64,000 bases of DNA from Phoronis australis. Lineage: Eukaryota > Animalia > Phoronida. The stretch lies in NCBI GenBank assembly GCA_002633005.1, contig NMRA01000158.1, positions 184,229 to 248,228 on the forward strand, read 5' to 3'. The position numbers and the translations under genes were made by a program. Below are positions 12,934 through 26,800 of this stretch, in pieces; the first letter of the stretch is position 1; every line of letters starts with the position of its first letter. Under the pieces are notes generated by a model, which ran no database searches, was not told the origin of the DNA, and saw only the letters and a program-made list of their open reading frames with translations.

Positions 12934-13521
12934 ATTGTCTCCTGGAGGACAACCGAGTGTTATTGAAACATGATTTTTAATTGCGCTGTAGGTTTATCTT
13001 GGGAGTTTGTATAGTTCAATGTTGTGTTATTTTAAACTTTGTTTACAATCAGGATTGGTGAAAAGATGAGTAACCTACAGGACGTCTTTATTTAGACAGT
13101 TGACTGGCTAATCTTTACCACAAGCACTTGAGTTTATCTGTTCCTCGATCACCACTGGCGTCACTCAATAGTAATAATGCATAAAGGTTAGACACTAAAA
13201 AATCAAATCAGTTTGCTCAGAATTCTCTACTCAAATGTGCATGGAACTGTACGAAATAAGAATCGAACAAATCTTTGAATACCTTCTTTCACTTCATCAC
13301 ATCAAATTGCCTTCGAGTGGTGTTTTGATGACAAAAATGTCAAAAACATCAAAATCACAAATTCAAGAATGGGAATATTTTGTGAAGTTCACAGCTAGAC
13401 GACCTTAGTACACATCCGGATTTTTCACGGACGCTCCCTAAGCAATTACGAAGCTCTGTTTTCACGCGCCCACGAATATTTTTTGAGTGCCCTCCACATA
13501 ATTTAGTGTCAATTTGAATGC

Positions 13522-15518
13522 ATTTAAACTTTGGTTTTGTAAGATAACGTTGCTTATAACCGAAGAACCACTGGTTGCTGGCTATTAAGGGTCAGCAGTT
13601 GCCGACAGGTGATTTCCCGCGACTAAACGTGCGATCAGACTTCGGAAATGTCCGCCAAAAGCCGTGTGTTCGTTGTGCTTCAACCAAGAGTGGCGCATGT
13701 GATGATCAAACACAAGACATGCCAGTAGTTGCAATTAAATTCTAGGTTAAGTGATAAAGTAAGGTATATACGAGGAAGCAAATTAAACATAAGTTGAAAT
13801 GAATTTAAATTGGGGACAAATTTCTTTACTTTGACACAGGGGTTGCTTGCTCAAACTCGAAATTTTTATCTTCGACTGACGCACAAGTTAAAAAACAACT
13901 GAAATCCGCCATGTTAACTATGTAGCCTCCTTGAATTCAGAGTTTTCTGATTTTTTTTTGGAAATTCCGTTGCCAGTTTATCACTCACTAAGACAATTTA
14001 ATGGGATCAGTGGAAGATAAGGCTTCAAAGGTTTATGCAATACCGGTCTGAGGGAGGTGCACGTAAATTTTACTTGTATTTGGGATAGTTGAAGCCGGGA
14101 GCCTATGCTTGGCAAACTTTTAGTGTCCAACCTTTATGTTTCTCATATGGTTATGAGTCATCGGAAAATTCGTCCGCTTGTTACCTTTACAAAGATTTTA
14201 CTTGCACTGTGGTACTCTTAATTCTAATAGAGTTAAAAGGAATTGAATCTTGTTAGAATTAAATTACATGACGCAAGATAGGCCTACGTATAGACCTGAC
14301 ACAAGACAGTCCTACGTATAGACCTATGCGTTATTGCTTTATATTTTTTCTGTAAAAGTAATATCATATTCATACCTTGAGAAGAGGCGTTATCCATTAT
14401 TCTGAGATTCCTGTGGTTATCAGCCTACACAGTAGTTTCTTCTCATGTTAGATGTCAGTACTTCTCATTCTCTCGGCGTTTCGATCTCACGATTTTCACT
14501 GACAGCACGTTCACTCCGTCAACAGCAGAATTTCTCGCGTTTTTCCAGTCTTCCAATGAAAATAAAACCCATTGCAAATGTAATTGTGAATGGCACAGAT
14601 CATGGCACAAACTAAATGCGACCTAAGCTCTCATTCACATAACCATTGTCGTGAAGCTTCAAGAAGTGCAAACCACAAGACAGTCAGACAGTCGCCTCAC
14701 TGCCTCGCAATGCGAAATCTTCACGGTTCACTTTGCCACAGACGCATGCGAGAAGTGGGTAAAAAAGTCCACCTCAAACAAACAAAAAGTCCGAGAAAAC
14801 GAGACAAAAGTCCACTAAAAAGGCAGCAACTACCAAAATTCGGCGAACGCACAATTTACAGCACTGCACATACCTCGTTTTTTTAGTAAAAGGTCACATT
14901 CCCAAAAATTCGAGCCCCAATTTTTAGGCTGGTTGCGCGCACGAGACGAGAGCTATATGAGCGGAGTGTACTTTCATTCCAAGGACGTAGTCTTCGTCTG
15001 CGCTCGCCGTAGAATCAAATTTCTGAATGAGTTTTTATTCACTTAATTTTCACGAAACAGACTCCTGATTATCTTCTGTATTGCAGTATGGAAGGGCCGA
15101 TGAATCCAGGTGCCCTATCGGGCCAACAGTGAGACTGAATTTATAACGCAACGCTCTGCAGAAATCGCACCAGTCGTGTGGCAAACGTTGCTGGCTACTT
15201 CGCGTACATGCACAGGCTAATTCAGCGGTGCGTAGAGCATTTTGCATAGGCCTATTCTGAGAGTACGACCACGCAACTAAAAGTCTTTTAATAAAGATTG
15301 AACTTCACTGCTAGTAAAGATGTCTGTACTTACCTCATGTTGTAATAGCACTTCTGCAACTGAATTGGTTTAAGTAGTTTATGACAAGTTTTATACCTGT
15401 TTGTTGAACCTGTCTCGCGTTCGAGTGATTCGCGGTGTCTTCAGGCTAACTTCATCAAACACTGGAGGAGTCCCTAGTTATACACAGGTACTTAGACCAT
15501 TCCGTCCCAAGTACACGT
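13522..15518. repeat. Copy 1 of a ~2.0 kb tandem duplication, probably an allelic overlap
   Basis: atttaaactttggttttgtaagataacg...cccaagtacacgt, repeated immediately after the single n at 15519. Confidence 0.9.
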
Positions 15519-15519
15519 N

Positions 15520-17497
15520 ATTTAAACTTTGGTTTTGTAAGATAACGTTGCTTATAACCGAAGAACCACGGGTTGCTGGCTACTAACGGTCAGCAGTTTC
15601 CGATAGGTGATTTCCCGCGACTAAACGTGCGACCAGACTTCGGAAATGTCCGCCAAAAGCCGTGTGTTCGTTGTGCTTCAACCAAGAGTGGCGCATGTGA
15701 AGATCAAACACAAGACATGCCAGTTTTTGCAATTAAATTATAGGTTAAGTGATAAAGTAAGGTATATACGAGGAAGCAAATTAAACATAAATTGAAGTGA
15801 ATTTAAACTGGGGACAAATTTCGTGACTTTGACACATGGGTTGCTTGCTCAAACTCGAAATTTTTATCTTCGACAGACGCACAAGTTAAAAAACAACATA
15901 AATCCTCCATGTTAACTATGTAGCCTCCATGAACTCAGAGTTTTCTGATTTTTTTTGAAAATTCTGTTGCCAGTTTATCACTCACTAAGACAATTTAATG
16001 GGATCAGTGGAAGACAAGTCTTCAATGGTTTATGCAATACCGGTCTGACGGATGTGCACGTAAATTTTACATGTATTTGGGATAGTTGAAGCTCTGCAAA
16101 CTTTTAGTGTCCAACCTTTATGTTTCTCATATGGTTATGAGTCATCGGAAAATTCGTCCGCCTGTTATCTTTACAAAGATTTTACTTGCACTGCGGTACT
16201 CTTAATTCTAATAAAGTTAAAAGAAATTGAATCTTGTTAGAATTAAATTACATGACGCAAGATAGGCCTACGTATAGACCTGACACAAGATAGGCCTACG
16301 TATAGACCTATGCGTTATTGCTTTATATTTTTTCTGTAAAAGTAACATCATACTCATACCTTGAGAAGAGGCGTTATCCATTATTCTGAAATTTCTGTGA
16401 TTATCAGCCTACACAGTTGTTTCTTCTTATGCTAGATGTCAGTAATTCTCATTCTCTCGGCGTTTTGATCTCACGATTTTCACTGACAGCACGTTCACTC
16501 CGTCAACAGCAGAATTTCTCGCGTTTTTCCAGTCTTGCAATGAAAATAAATAAAACCCATTGCAAATGTAATTGTTTCAGTGAATGGCACAGATCATGGC
16601 ACAAACTAAATGCGACCTAAGCTCTCTTTCACATAACCGTCGTCGTGAAGCTTCAAGAGGTGCAGACCACAATACAGTCAGACAGTCGCCTCACTGCCTC
16701 GCAATGCGAAATCTTCACGGTTCACTTTGCCACAGACGCATGCGAGAAGTGGACAAAAAAGTCCGCCTCAAACAAACAAAAAGTCCGAGAAAACGAGACA
16801 AAAGTCCACTAAAAAGGCAGCAACTACCAAAATTCGGCGAACGCACAATTCACAGCACTGCACATACCTCGTTTTTTTAGTAAAAGGTCACATTCCCAAA
16901 AATTCGAGCCCCCAATTTTTAGGCTGGTTTCGCGCATGAGACGAGAGCTATATGAGCGGAGTGTACGTAGATCTTCGTCTGCGCTCGCCGTAGAATCAAA
17001 TTTATGAATGAGTTTTCATTCACTTAATTTTCACGAAACAGACTCCCGATTATCTTCTGTATTGCAATATGGAAGGGTCGATGAATCAAGGTGCCATATC
17101 GGGCCAACAGTGATACTAATTTATAACGCAACGCTCTGCAGAAATCGCACCAGTCGTGTGGCAAACGTTGCTGGCTACTTCGCGTACATGCACAAGCTAC
17201 TTCAGCGGTGCGTAGAGCATTTTGCGTAGGCCTATTCAGAGAGTACGACCATGCAACTTAAGCCTTTTAGTAAAGATTGAACTTCACTGCGAGTAAAGAT
17301 GTCTGTACTTACCTCATGTTGTAATAGCACTTCTGCAACTGAATTGGTTTAAGTAGTTTATGACAAGTTTTATACCTGTTTGTTGAACCTGTCTCGCGTC
17401 CGAGTGATTCGCGGTGTCTTCAGGCAAACTTCATCAAACACTGGAGGAATCCCTAGTTATACACAGGTACTTAGACCATTCCGTCCCAAGTACACGT
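15520..17497. repeat. Copy 2 of the ~2.0 kb tandem duplication
   Basis: Colinear with 13522-15518 apart from SNPs and small indels. The duplicated ORF-track entries (14590/16584, 15401/17380) reflect this. Confidence 0.9.
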
Positions 17498-19323
17498 ATA
17501 ACACGTCTAGTCGAATACACAATCTACCGAATAAACACTATGATAATTTATCAACACAACAGCTAGCTTGGTCTGTGGTAGTGAATGGGCGGTATTTTAT
17601 CCCGCGCTCGATAAAGAAAGCATTGTTTGCTTAAAGCAGCGGAGGTACGTAAACACTATGATTTATTCTCCCATAATAACCCGCTGCAAAGCATGAAAAG
17701 TCAAGCATGTCACGTGTGCTCTCAAAGTATTTGCATATCAGCTGCTGTCACGACAGAATACACAATTGCCTGCACAACAAAGGAATTGATTGGCATTACT
17801 TTAGCCTAAAATCGATTTTTACTGAAACTACACCACAAATCAATTTTTGTTCACCGTTGTACAATATGATTAAATCTACACCGTTGGGCTCCTAGGGTCA
17901 ACATTATACATTAAAACTTCATGTTATGTGGTGAGTGGTTACATACAGACCTTTTGACAAGCTTTATCAGTTTCAAGACTGGGGTAGTGCAGAGCATTCA
18001 TGAGAATTTCCTGAAGATGTCGCTTTCAACGACCAGGTAATGTCAACAATAATGGCGGATTACGATAGCGACAGCAAATAAACGAGGACGCTGCAGCGGG
18101 TACGTGTGAGTGACTGGTATCGCCATTGACAAGAGAGGTTATCGCTTCTCTGACATTGGCAGTCAGTCCCTCAATTAATCATCTGAAATTAATGAGCGTG
18201 TACAGGTAGGTGTAAGTCGCTTGATACCTCCCGAGTTATCGGCCAGGGAAGTAACCCAATGTCTTGGGTCTACGGTCAAACACGTTGCTCAGAGAGGCGC
18301 ACCCATTCACACCCTGGCATTGATAACTTGACCTTGATTGTTAAGCACGTCAAACAGTGCTTATTAATAACTCATTCCGCATTATAGTTTTGTGGGAAAG
18401 TTATTGATGGGAAGAAGTTTGGATCGTCCAACTGCCGCACAGGAATAGCCTGGCTATAGTCCGGCCAACTAGGCCTACGTCTGCTCTCACTCGGGAGTCC
18501 CGCCGAACCCATTAGCGACATCGGGTCGTATTAACGATCGTGGAAGGAATTCACTACAACGAGCTACAGTAACTAGCATGGTCACATGATAATTCTGAAA
18601 AGTTGAACTTCAAGAAACATTTGACGCGAATTTAGAGGGGGCTCCAGGAGGTCCGGACCCTACTGCTGTGGCCATTTCGCTGCCAAAGAGATACGAAATG
18701 CCCTCTATGTCTATAGAACCCTGCATTGTCAGACACCCTTCTGGTCATTATCCAAGAAACTCAGGAAATCGTCGCGATATATCAACGATTTGTGGTGACG
18801 GGCAGGGACTATGCCTGGCCAACACCTCTTGCAAACAGAGGTGTGTAATTTTGGAAAAGAGTAAGGAGAGCCCTTACGAACCAAAGACAAAATTTCAGCG
18901 TCGGTATCCTCTGAAAACGGCGTGCATGTGTTTGGCGGCCCTGTTCATCCATTAAGAGTTCCATTCAAATAAGTGCACTTTGAATTTGAATTTAAGAATT
19001 TTTACGAAAATGACTTCACGTGGACGTTTTTTGATGTTGTGATACATTTGTCTTCTCATGATTGTGGGTTTCTATTACTAGGCGTGTTGTCCGATTTTTC
19101 ATCATAATCATTACAAATTTTCTCACGTTAATTGTGTTCTGCGTGAAAATGAAATATAGGCAGGGAGCATTGCTGTGGGAAGGTTTGTGTCACGTGCAGT
19201 AATATTCAGAGCCTTTTTTTGGAAGTTAAGTACTGGATGTTCACGAAACGTGAATGTCCTTAAAGATGGGGATTTTCGTGATAATGAATAACATGGTGGA
19301 CCTCAATTTTCCGTAGCTTTGGA

Positions 19324-19873
19324 TTTTTTTACATTTATTGCAACAATAATACAGTACAAAGACAGAAATCCCCAGTAACACATCACAACCACACACACGC
19401 ACACATTTCACCGAACAAGAAATTAATTTCACAAACCAAGAACAACAAATGTACTTTTATCATCTGTGGTTTCTTTTTCAATAGGAAAAAACACACCATC
19501 TTCGGAGAAATATGTCTCCTAATCCATTATTACAATTATATTTTTCGAATATGAAATAAATTTCTAATTTTTTTTTGAAAAGTGTTATAGATGGAGGCTC
19601 TACTTTCAGTTTTCTACAGTATAATATTTGCTTTTTTGCCAAAAGAATGATAAGATTCCAATTTTACCAAATATAACAGTCTGAAAATTTATCAATATAT
19701 CGACATTTTTTGCGTGAATATAATAATCAGCTGTTCTTTTCCAAAAAGGCTTAACAAAAGTGTAACCCCAAAATAAATGTTCTAAACTTTCAGGTTCATT
19801 CGTACAAAAGGTACATCGATCAGTTGGAGAAACACCAATTCGCATCAAAACGTCGTTTGTTGCTAAAATTCTA
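19324..19873 (-). mobile_element. 5'-truncated L1/Tx1-type LINE 3' end (zf-RVT-like region, 3' UTR, polyA remnant)
   Basis: RILATNDVLMRIGVSPTDRCTFCTNEPESLEHLFW...FW (ORF 19606-19902) is the C-terminal Cys/His motif of L1-like ORF2. AATAAA at 19334-19339 (minus) is followed by A7. Near-TSD tagctttgga (19314-19323) versus tagcttgga (19874-19882). Confidence 0.8.
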
Positions 19874-20637
19874 TAGCTTGGAAATTTCATGGGACATATC
19901 ACTAGTCATTGATTGAGATAATAGGTAAGCTTACAAAAATTGCATGCGGTCAACGATGAAACCTTGTGACTGTGTTCTTCTTGCAAAGAGCAAAAACTCG
20001 ACTGATACGATTGCATAATTTGAAAAAAATGGAGCTCGAGGCATTCACGCTGCCATGACTTCGGAAGCGGTCTTGGTATCTTCTCACGGCAAATTTACGA
20101 TGATCTTACAGTTTTTCTCATTCGCGAGGTGATTGTGTGACACCCTCATGCTTGCTATATGTTGGGATGAAGAGCATACAAATTTCATCACATTTTGTAA
20201 TTTAGATTTAGTCCAAAGATTCTTTTCTTCGCAAACCTTGAATTTCAACCACTTGCAGCTGGCTTATACCGCACAGAACGTTGCAAATGCACTAAATGAA
20301 CGCAATACGAATCTCCGGTTCGGAAGGCGTTGGTGCGAATGTTGAAAAGGTTCCTCTGAAAGGATTTAAGGCATTCTTACGATTAGGGGCCTACCGCGGG
20401 AATAGATTGCCTCTTAAATAATCTACAAACATCTTGCGTAATTCTAATAATGTTCTTAAATCATTCATGATTCATGGAGTCCTGCGATGAGGAGTTTTCG
20501 TAAAACGCAGGTAAAAATCTTGGATAAGACCGTCGACGTGGCTGCGAACTTGCGAACGGACGTCGTCGAAGTTGGACACATTTCTCACAATATGTTCTTT
20601 TCGTTTTTAGTGTTTCGGCAAAAGTGTTCTATTAAAC

Positions 20638-20850
20638 ATGGGCGCCGGTTGTTCTTCTGACACGTCCGTGCCATCAGCAAGCATTCCTCCTCAAACGCGA
20701 CAAGGGGACCTCAGTTGGAGACAGGTACTTGATCGTGTGGCGGAGGAAGATTTGTGGGCTGGAGTGAAGCGAGAAGACAGGGCGGAATGGTCTGCGTACT
20801 TCACGCAGGTTGACAAGATATTGAGCGAACCACGACGACCACTACCTGAG
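20638..20850 (+). CDS. NWD-like gene first coding exon (MGAGCSS acylation motif)
   Basis: Acceptor tcgtttttag at 20610, aacATGG start context, donor GAG|gtaaat at 20851, phase 0 matching exon 27836. Confidence 0.75.
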
Positions 20851-23800
20851 GTAAATTGCTTGGACACCATTAATATGTTGGCCCGTAGAAAAGAGGGCAA
20901 CAATGTTTAGGGCGCACATTGACAAATTTGACTTCGTCGAAATTTGCAAGACTACAATCTTTTGTATTAGGTGCACATGCACTAAGAGCTATGGTGTTGT
21001 TCTTTGCCTCTATCTCGCGGTGTGAACAATTAAAGAAAACTTTTGCCGTGACTCGCGACAAAGCATTTAAATTCGATAATCGATACTTTTTGTAATGGTT
21101 GATTACGCAATCCTGGGCTCGACATAACGAGCTGCGTGTCACATTTGCGACCTGAAATTTGGAAATGCGAGCTGAGATTTTTGCCAGCTCGTATCAAGTC
21201 GCAAAATGCGACCTGGAATTTCGGACGTTTGCGAGCTGAGTTTTTACACTTCTTGGCAGACAACTGGCAAATATAAAGCAACTCGTTTGAATCCGACCGT
21301 GATTTAGTTGTTGCCACATCAAGTTCAAAAGAACACTAACCGAGAGCAGCCCTCCCGATGACTTGTAAGCATATCGTGTGAACATGAGATAATGCATAAT
21401 CGATCTTTGACGCGTTTCATTGGCTAACATTTTCGGCTACTTTTGCAAATTTCCGGATGCGCCGAAGAAAGATTATTTCCACGGCATAACACGAGATAAA
21501 ACGTCACAAAACAGCGGTCTTTTACTAACTCTTAAACTATCAACTTGCCAAACTATGTGGTAGAAAAACGTATTTATTTTTCACGTAAGATGTGGCGTTA
21601 TTATCAAATATCCGCGACAGTATGACTGATATCGGACTACAGCACTGGTCCCATTGTTAGCGCACAAGTGGTGGCAGACTATCGTGACCTGAAATATGCG
21701 TCTCGTTTTTTATCGCAAGACAGTAAACGTGAAAGTGACAGCCTTGTTAATCGCCAAAATATGACCACTTCTCTACTTTCAGCAAAAATGTTTTTGAGTC
21801 ACCAAGAAATTTTCAAACCCTTTACGTGTTGCTGGGGTTACGTGTGCTACGTAGTCTGTCACATGTTGTTGCCAACGTAAAATGTAGGCGATTCAAGTGC
21901 CTGAACTCACAAGTGCGCACTACTACAAAGCTGCACATCAAAAGATAACAGCGACAGTCCAAAATGAAAGAGTGTACCGGCTTGGCTCTGTTAAGCACCC
22001 AGGTGCTAATGGTTTATTTGACAATGAACCTAAAAGATTCCCGGCGGTTATAAAAGACCGGATGCTTTACGATATTCCACTGCGCGTATTGATATACTCG
22101 ATGGATATACAAACGCTGATCAGAGTTAACAATATCACATAGATTCATTTTTAATATTCTTTCAATCTCGTTTAACTAGATTTTTGACCAGGAAACAGTT
22201 GCTGTGCCCACTTTTCATTTTTTTATTACTGACAAAGAGCTAGAATAGTTATATACTTAGTCAGTGCCACCGAAATCGTGATTCCAAATCTTCAGTTTGG
22301 TTATCACCACATTTACACTTGTGTACATATTTTATGATTTGAGTTCTAATAAAGATTAAACTTTAATGACACGTGAAATGTTTAGTGTACCTGTAATGGG
22401 GTAAGTATAGGGATGGGCTCACTATGAACTTAACTAATTAAGTTTAGCTGGCGATCAAAATCTACCACTGTTTTGGTACTTCAAGTTCAAAACTTAGATA
22501 AAAAGTTATCAACCCGTTTCTGGAAAGAAAAAAATACAAGTGGACAGAAGCATTAAAAATTAAATAAAGAAAACCAATATGAAACATCGTTCCTTTGGGA
22601 AGGGGTCCTTTGTGAAGATAAACACAAGTTAACCTTTTTAGTTATTTTGTAATATTTATAATGTACCAAGTTAAAACTACTCTCCAGAGTTGCAGGCTAT
22701 AACTCTGCAAATGTCAGAGAAAACCAAATTGGGGTTACTAACAGCAACTATTGTTGAGACAGTAATGCTAGCAATTACCTTTCCACTTCATTAGCTCAGA
22801 TCTACATCACTATAAAGGGCGTGCTGAATAGGCGTCGTCAAAGTTGTCTGGGGCTTAGGGAATCAGAGCGGTCACCAGTGTAAGCGAGAAATTCTCCTCA
22901 TAGGGTGATACACCCTATGTCACGGATTTGGATCATACTATACATTGCAGTTTACTTTCTTATGTTATATTACTAAAATGTAGCTTAAACAATTCCTACT
23001 CTGATACGTCCGGCACATCAGTTTTCACTCAAAATCAGTGTCAAACTTTACCATGAAATCTCATTTTTGTGGTATTGTAAAAATTATAGAAGCTGCTGGA
23101 TAGTGAAATAGCTTGTGTTTGGATTAACTCATCCATGATCTCAGTAATAATAAATAGAAATTGGAAATCTTGCCTGAAATTACTGAAAATAACGGGGTCA
23201 AAGAAGCAAAAACACAGAAAACTTATCCAATTTGAGCGTGCGAATCTCAGCTGAAGCCTAATTTTAGACTTAGTTGTAAGTTTGATCAGTCATAGTAGAA
23301 TAGATAGTTTTATGATCAACATATGACCCCAAAACTAACGACGAACTTATGTCTACATACAGCAATGAGCCAATGTTTGAAGCAACCTGAGACAAAGGGA
23401 GCACTTGCAGCAGGCACAACTTATCAGTGAAAATCCTCAGTCTTGATATCTAAAGTGCTCAAAATCGTTTTTCAAAAATTTGGTTCATTTCAGAACACAT
23501 AGAATGGAATAAAATTAAAATATTTGGTTTTCATGTGAATTACCTTTTTCTTAATAAGTCCTGCAGTTACCACTGATGTCACCAAATGAAAAATGGCTGC
23601 CGAGGAAGATGAAGCAGTCAGTGTTCACTGGAGTCTTCATGTTAATCTGATTAGTGGGACTTCAGTGGAATACCCAAACCAGCAAGCAGTTGAAACATTA
23701 GATAATCTAATAAGCCGACAACAGATCTTCTGAAACATGTTAAATCAGGTCTCGCCCCGTTCACTGCAGACGGAGAGGCAGCTGAATTTTGCCAGAGTGG

Positions 23801-26800
23801 GCTTGGTTACCACCGTTTGCTCTCAGAATTGATTGTTTGTGGAAAGCATCGAGCTCAGTTTGGAATCAGATGGAGACCAAGAAAAACACGTACCCACCCT
23901 CAATTGTAGAGTTTGAGGTGTCAGAGGAAATTTCCCAAAGAACTGCTCGAGGAACAGAATGTACTAATTGAGCTTGGGTCAGGTGACTTGTTATGCAGGT
24001 CATAAGTGTTCCAAAAATTTTAGAAATGTAGTTGGTACGTGCTTTTTTGCTTTGTTAGGACAACAATTTGGAGGGTGACAACAATACTTTTGACTCCCTT
24101 GTTACCCTATGGTGTAACCACCACGCGCGTTCAATGCTGATGAATAACATAAGGCGTCCTCCAATCGTCTGGAAAATCCTGTCAGCTACGAAACAGTACG
24201 CGGTCGAAGTTCGCCGGGTACGACCCGATGATTACATGAAGCGCGTTGAACGGGAAGCAAAGTCAGAAGGATTACTAAATAACTTATCCTTGTAGTTAGC
24301 AATGGTACCAGTAGCTGCTGTTGTCCATCTATATCTTGTCTTTAACGGAGAGGCTGGGGCTGGACCTTTTCCGCGTTGGATCGAAGCCCCGCGAACCCCC
24401 CCCCCCCACCTGGCTACGGGCATGCATTTCTTCAATTTTAGGTTAATAAAGTTTAGGGCACACTGCTTGTAGTCACGTTCTTAATGCTTATGACTATTGT
24501 TAAATCCGTTGAATTAATGTAACCAGCCTTGCAAGGTAGAAAAGAACGCTTGTGTACGCTTGTATTTAGCTGTTACCAATTCTTTACCCTGCATTGCGAA
24601 CAATAATTTCTGGGAATAGCGTTTCACGCATTTTTTCATGACGATTCTTGGTAAGAACACAACCTGAAACGCGACTATTGTAATTTATCCCATACGCGTT
24701 GAATCAGTCGAGGGAAATACGGCCATGTAATAATGTTTTCCGAATTCACCTCCCGCACTACTTCAACAACGACCTCTGACATGGTAAGTTCAAAAGGTAG
24801 GTCAATGTCGACTCGACGTCGATAGCCAGTTCGATTATCAAACTTTCAAAAAATAGTTTAAAGTAATGCAATTGCAAGTGTTAATAACACTTAACATCCG
24901 GAACTGAACTGTTAATTATATGACAGTTCTGTCTCAGTTTCCAATTACTAAATATTATGTCGTCTGCAACTCAGGCTCCGATTCCTTGGTAACTACAATA
25001 TGAAATATTGTCGTTATTTAACTATTTTCAGATGTTACAGGTTCAGTATACAATTACCGTTGCTTTCATCTTTGTTATATCTTTTCAAGTAATAAATCGT
25101 TACATATAAAACTGTTTCTTTTACTAGAGAAAACTTGCAACGTAACGCGCAAGTACATACATATAGGATGTGATCCGGCACGTGAACAGTCTGAGTGAAG
25201 TATTTGAAAAATCAGGCAAAAAATGAAAGAAACTTAGGAATTTTATGCGTATGGGATAAAATCAAAACGTACTTCGATTGGCGTAGATAAAGCAATATCC
25301 CACTCGACATTATTCCGCGTATTGATACGCGGAATAATGTCTCTTAGGATATTACTTCATGAACGCCACTCTCGGTACGTTTTTGTGTACGTCAGTTGAA
25401 TTGAATGGAATCAACCTTGCGTATTACAAGAGAACGTCTGTGTACATATGTATTTATCTGATAACGATTCATTACCCTGCACAGTTTTCAAGCATTTTTA
25501 ATGACGATTCTTGGAAAGAGCGTAATGTGAAAGACGCGGCTGTTATAATGTCGGTTGAATTAAATGTAACCATGTTGCATGTATTTATCTAATAACGATT
25601 CTTTACTCTGTATTGAGAACAACATAGTTTTCCATGCATTTTTTCATGACGATTCTTGGAAAAAACGCAAACTGACACGCTTCGGCACTCAGTAACAGTA
25701 GCATAGAATATGCATTTGAAAATTGCACTCGCCAGATATTGCACTAAACAGGAGATTTTTGTATGCATTTACAGATAACTTTTGTTCACCGTTATTATGG
25801 AGATAAGAAAGTGCGTGATCTAGTTTTTGAAATCAGGCACATTTTCGTGCCTCTCATTAATGTCGGGAAGGCAAAAAATTTCAGATCACGCATTCACGGG
25901 TATTTGTCCATTTTTCACGCCGGTGTTGCAGCCCACAGCACAACACTTAATATTTCGTTAGGAAGGACGAATAGAGTACTGCAACCAAGAAAAACTTGTT
26001 AGGAATCACACAACAACAAATAACATGTGAATCTCCTGTGGCTCGAAACCGAGGCAGCAAATGTGCCTGACGAATGTTTACGGCATTGTGGGTAAATACA
26101 GCGAGATTCGAGTGTCGCTGTGTAATCCGGAACGGCCCTATTGCCATGAACCTCAAGTATATAGTACTAACTGTATGGTTTTAATTCTACTAGTTATGTG
26201 TGCTTCGACCGTACAGTTAATAGCAGAAAGTGATCGAGAAACAATCCTAATAAACTTCAGCACGTGCATTATACTCAAGTCAATAACCCCGGCATAAATC
26301 TTGAAGGTTACTGGAGTGATACAGGGACTTATTCAGTTCTGACAGTGGCGTTATTTTGAACTCAGGAGACGATTTGTGTGCGTGAGTTATTTTTAGAAAT
26401 GTCATTGCTTGAGAGAACGCTTGTCGGCCGTCCCGCCGGTTTCCGGCTGTAGCGCAGCTTAGAAAACTCTAAAAAAAGTTAGGCCTACTCAGCTACTTGG
26501 AAACACACATCTTGGCCGAGTACAGAGATTTCATCGCTCACTTCTCTCCGAGCCAGTTCTAAAAGTCGTCTTGACTTTACGCTGGCATTTTCTTCTGCGA
26601 TAATTCTACGTTTCAAACACTCCCTGACGCCTTGCTATGCGAGGCCAAAGGCGTCCTCAGCTTCTGATCGTCCCCAATACACTATATAATACTACAAGGT
26701 ATGACTAGAAATTCCACGGGTGCTTCACTTCAGCCGTCCATAGCAAACACAAAACTCAACAAATTTATACAGAACAGAAGTTCAAGAAACCATGAGGAAT

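Noticed and set aside
14590-16880. Duplicated 98-aa ORFs (14590, 16584) as a conserved gene pair
   Set aside because: Their similarity is explained by the 2-kb probably allelic duplication; no recognisable domain or splice structure.
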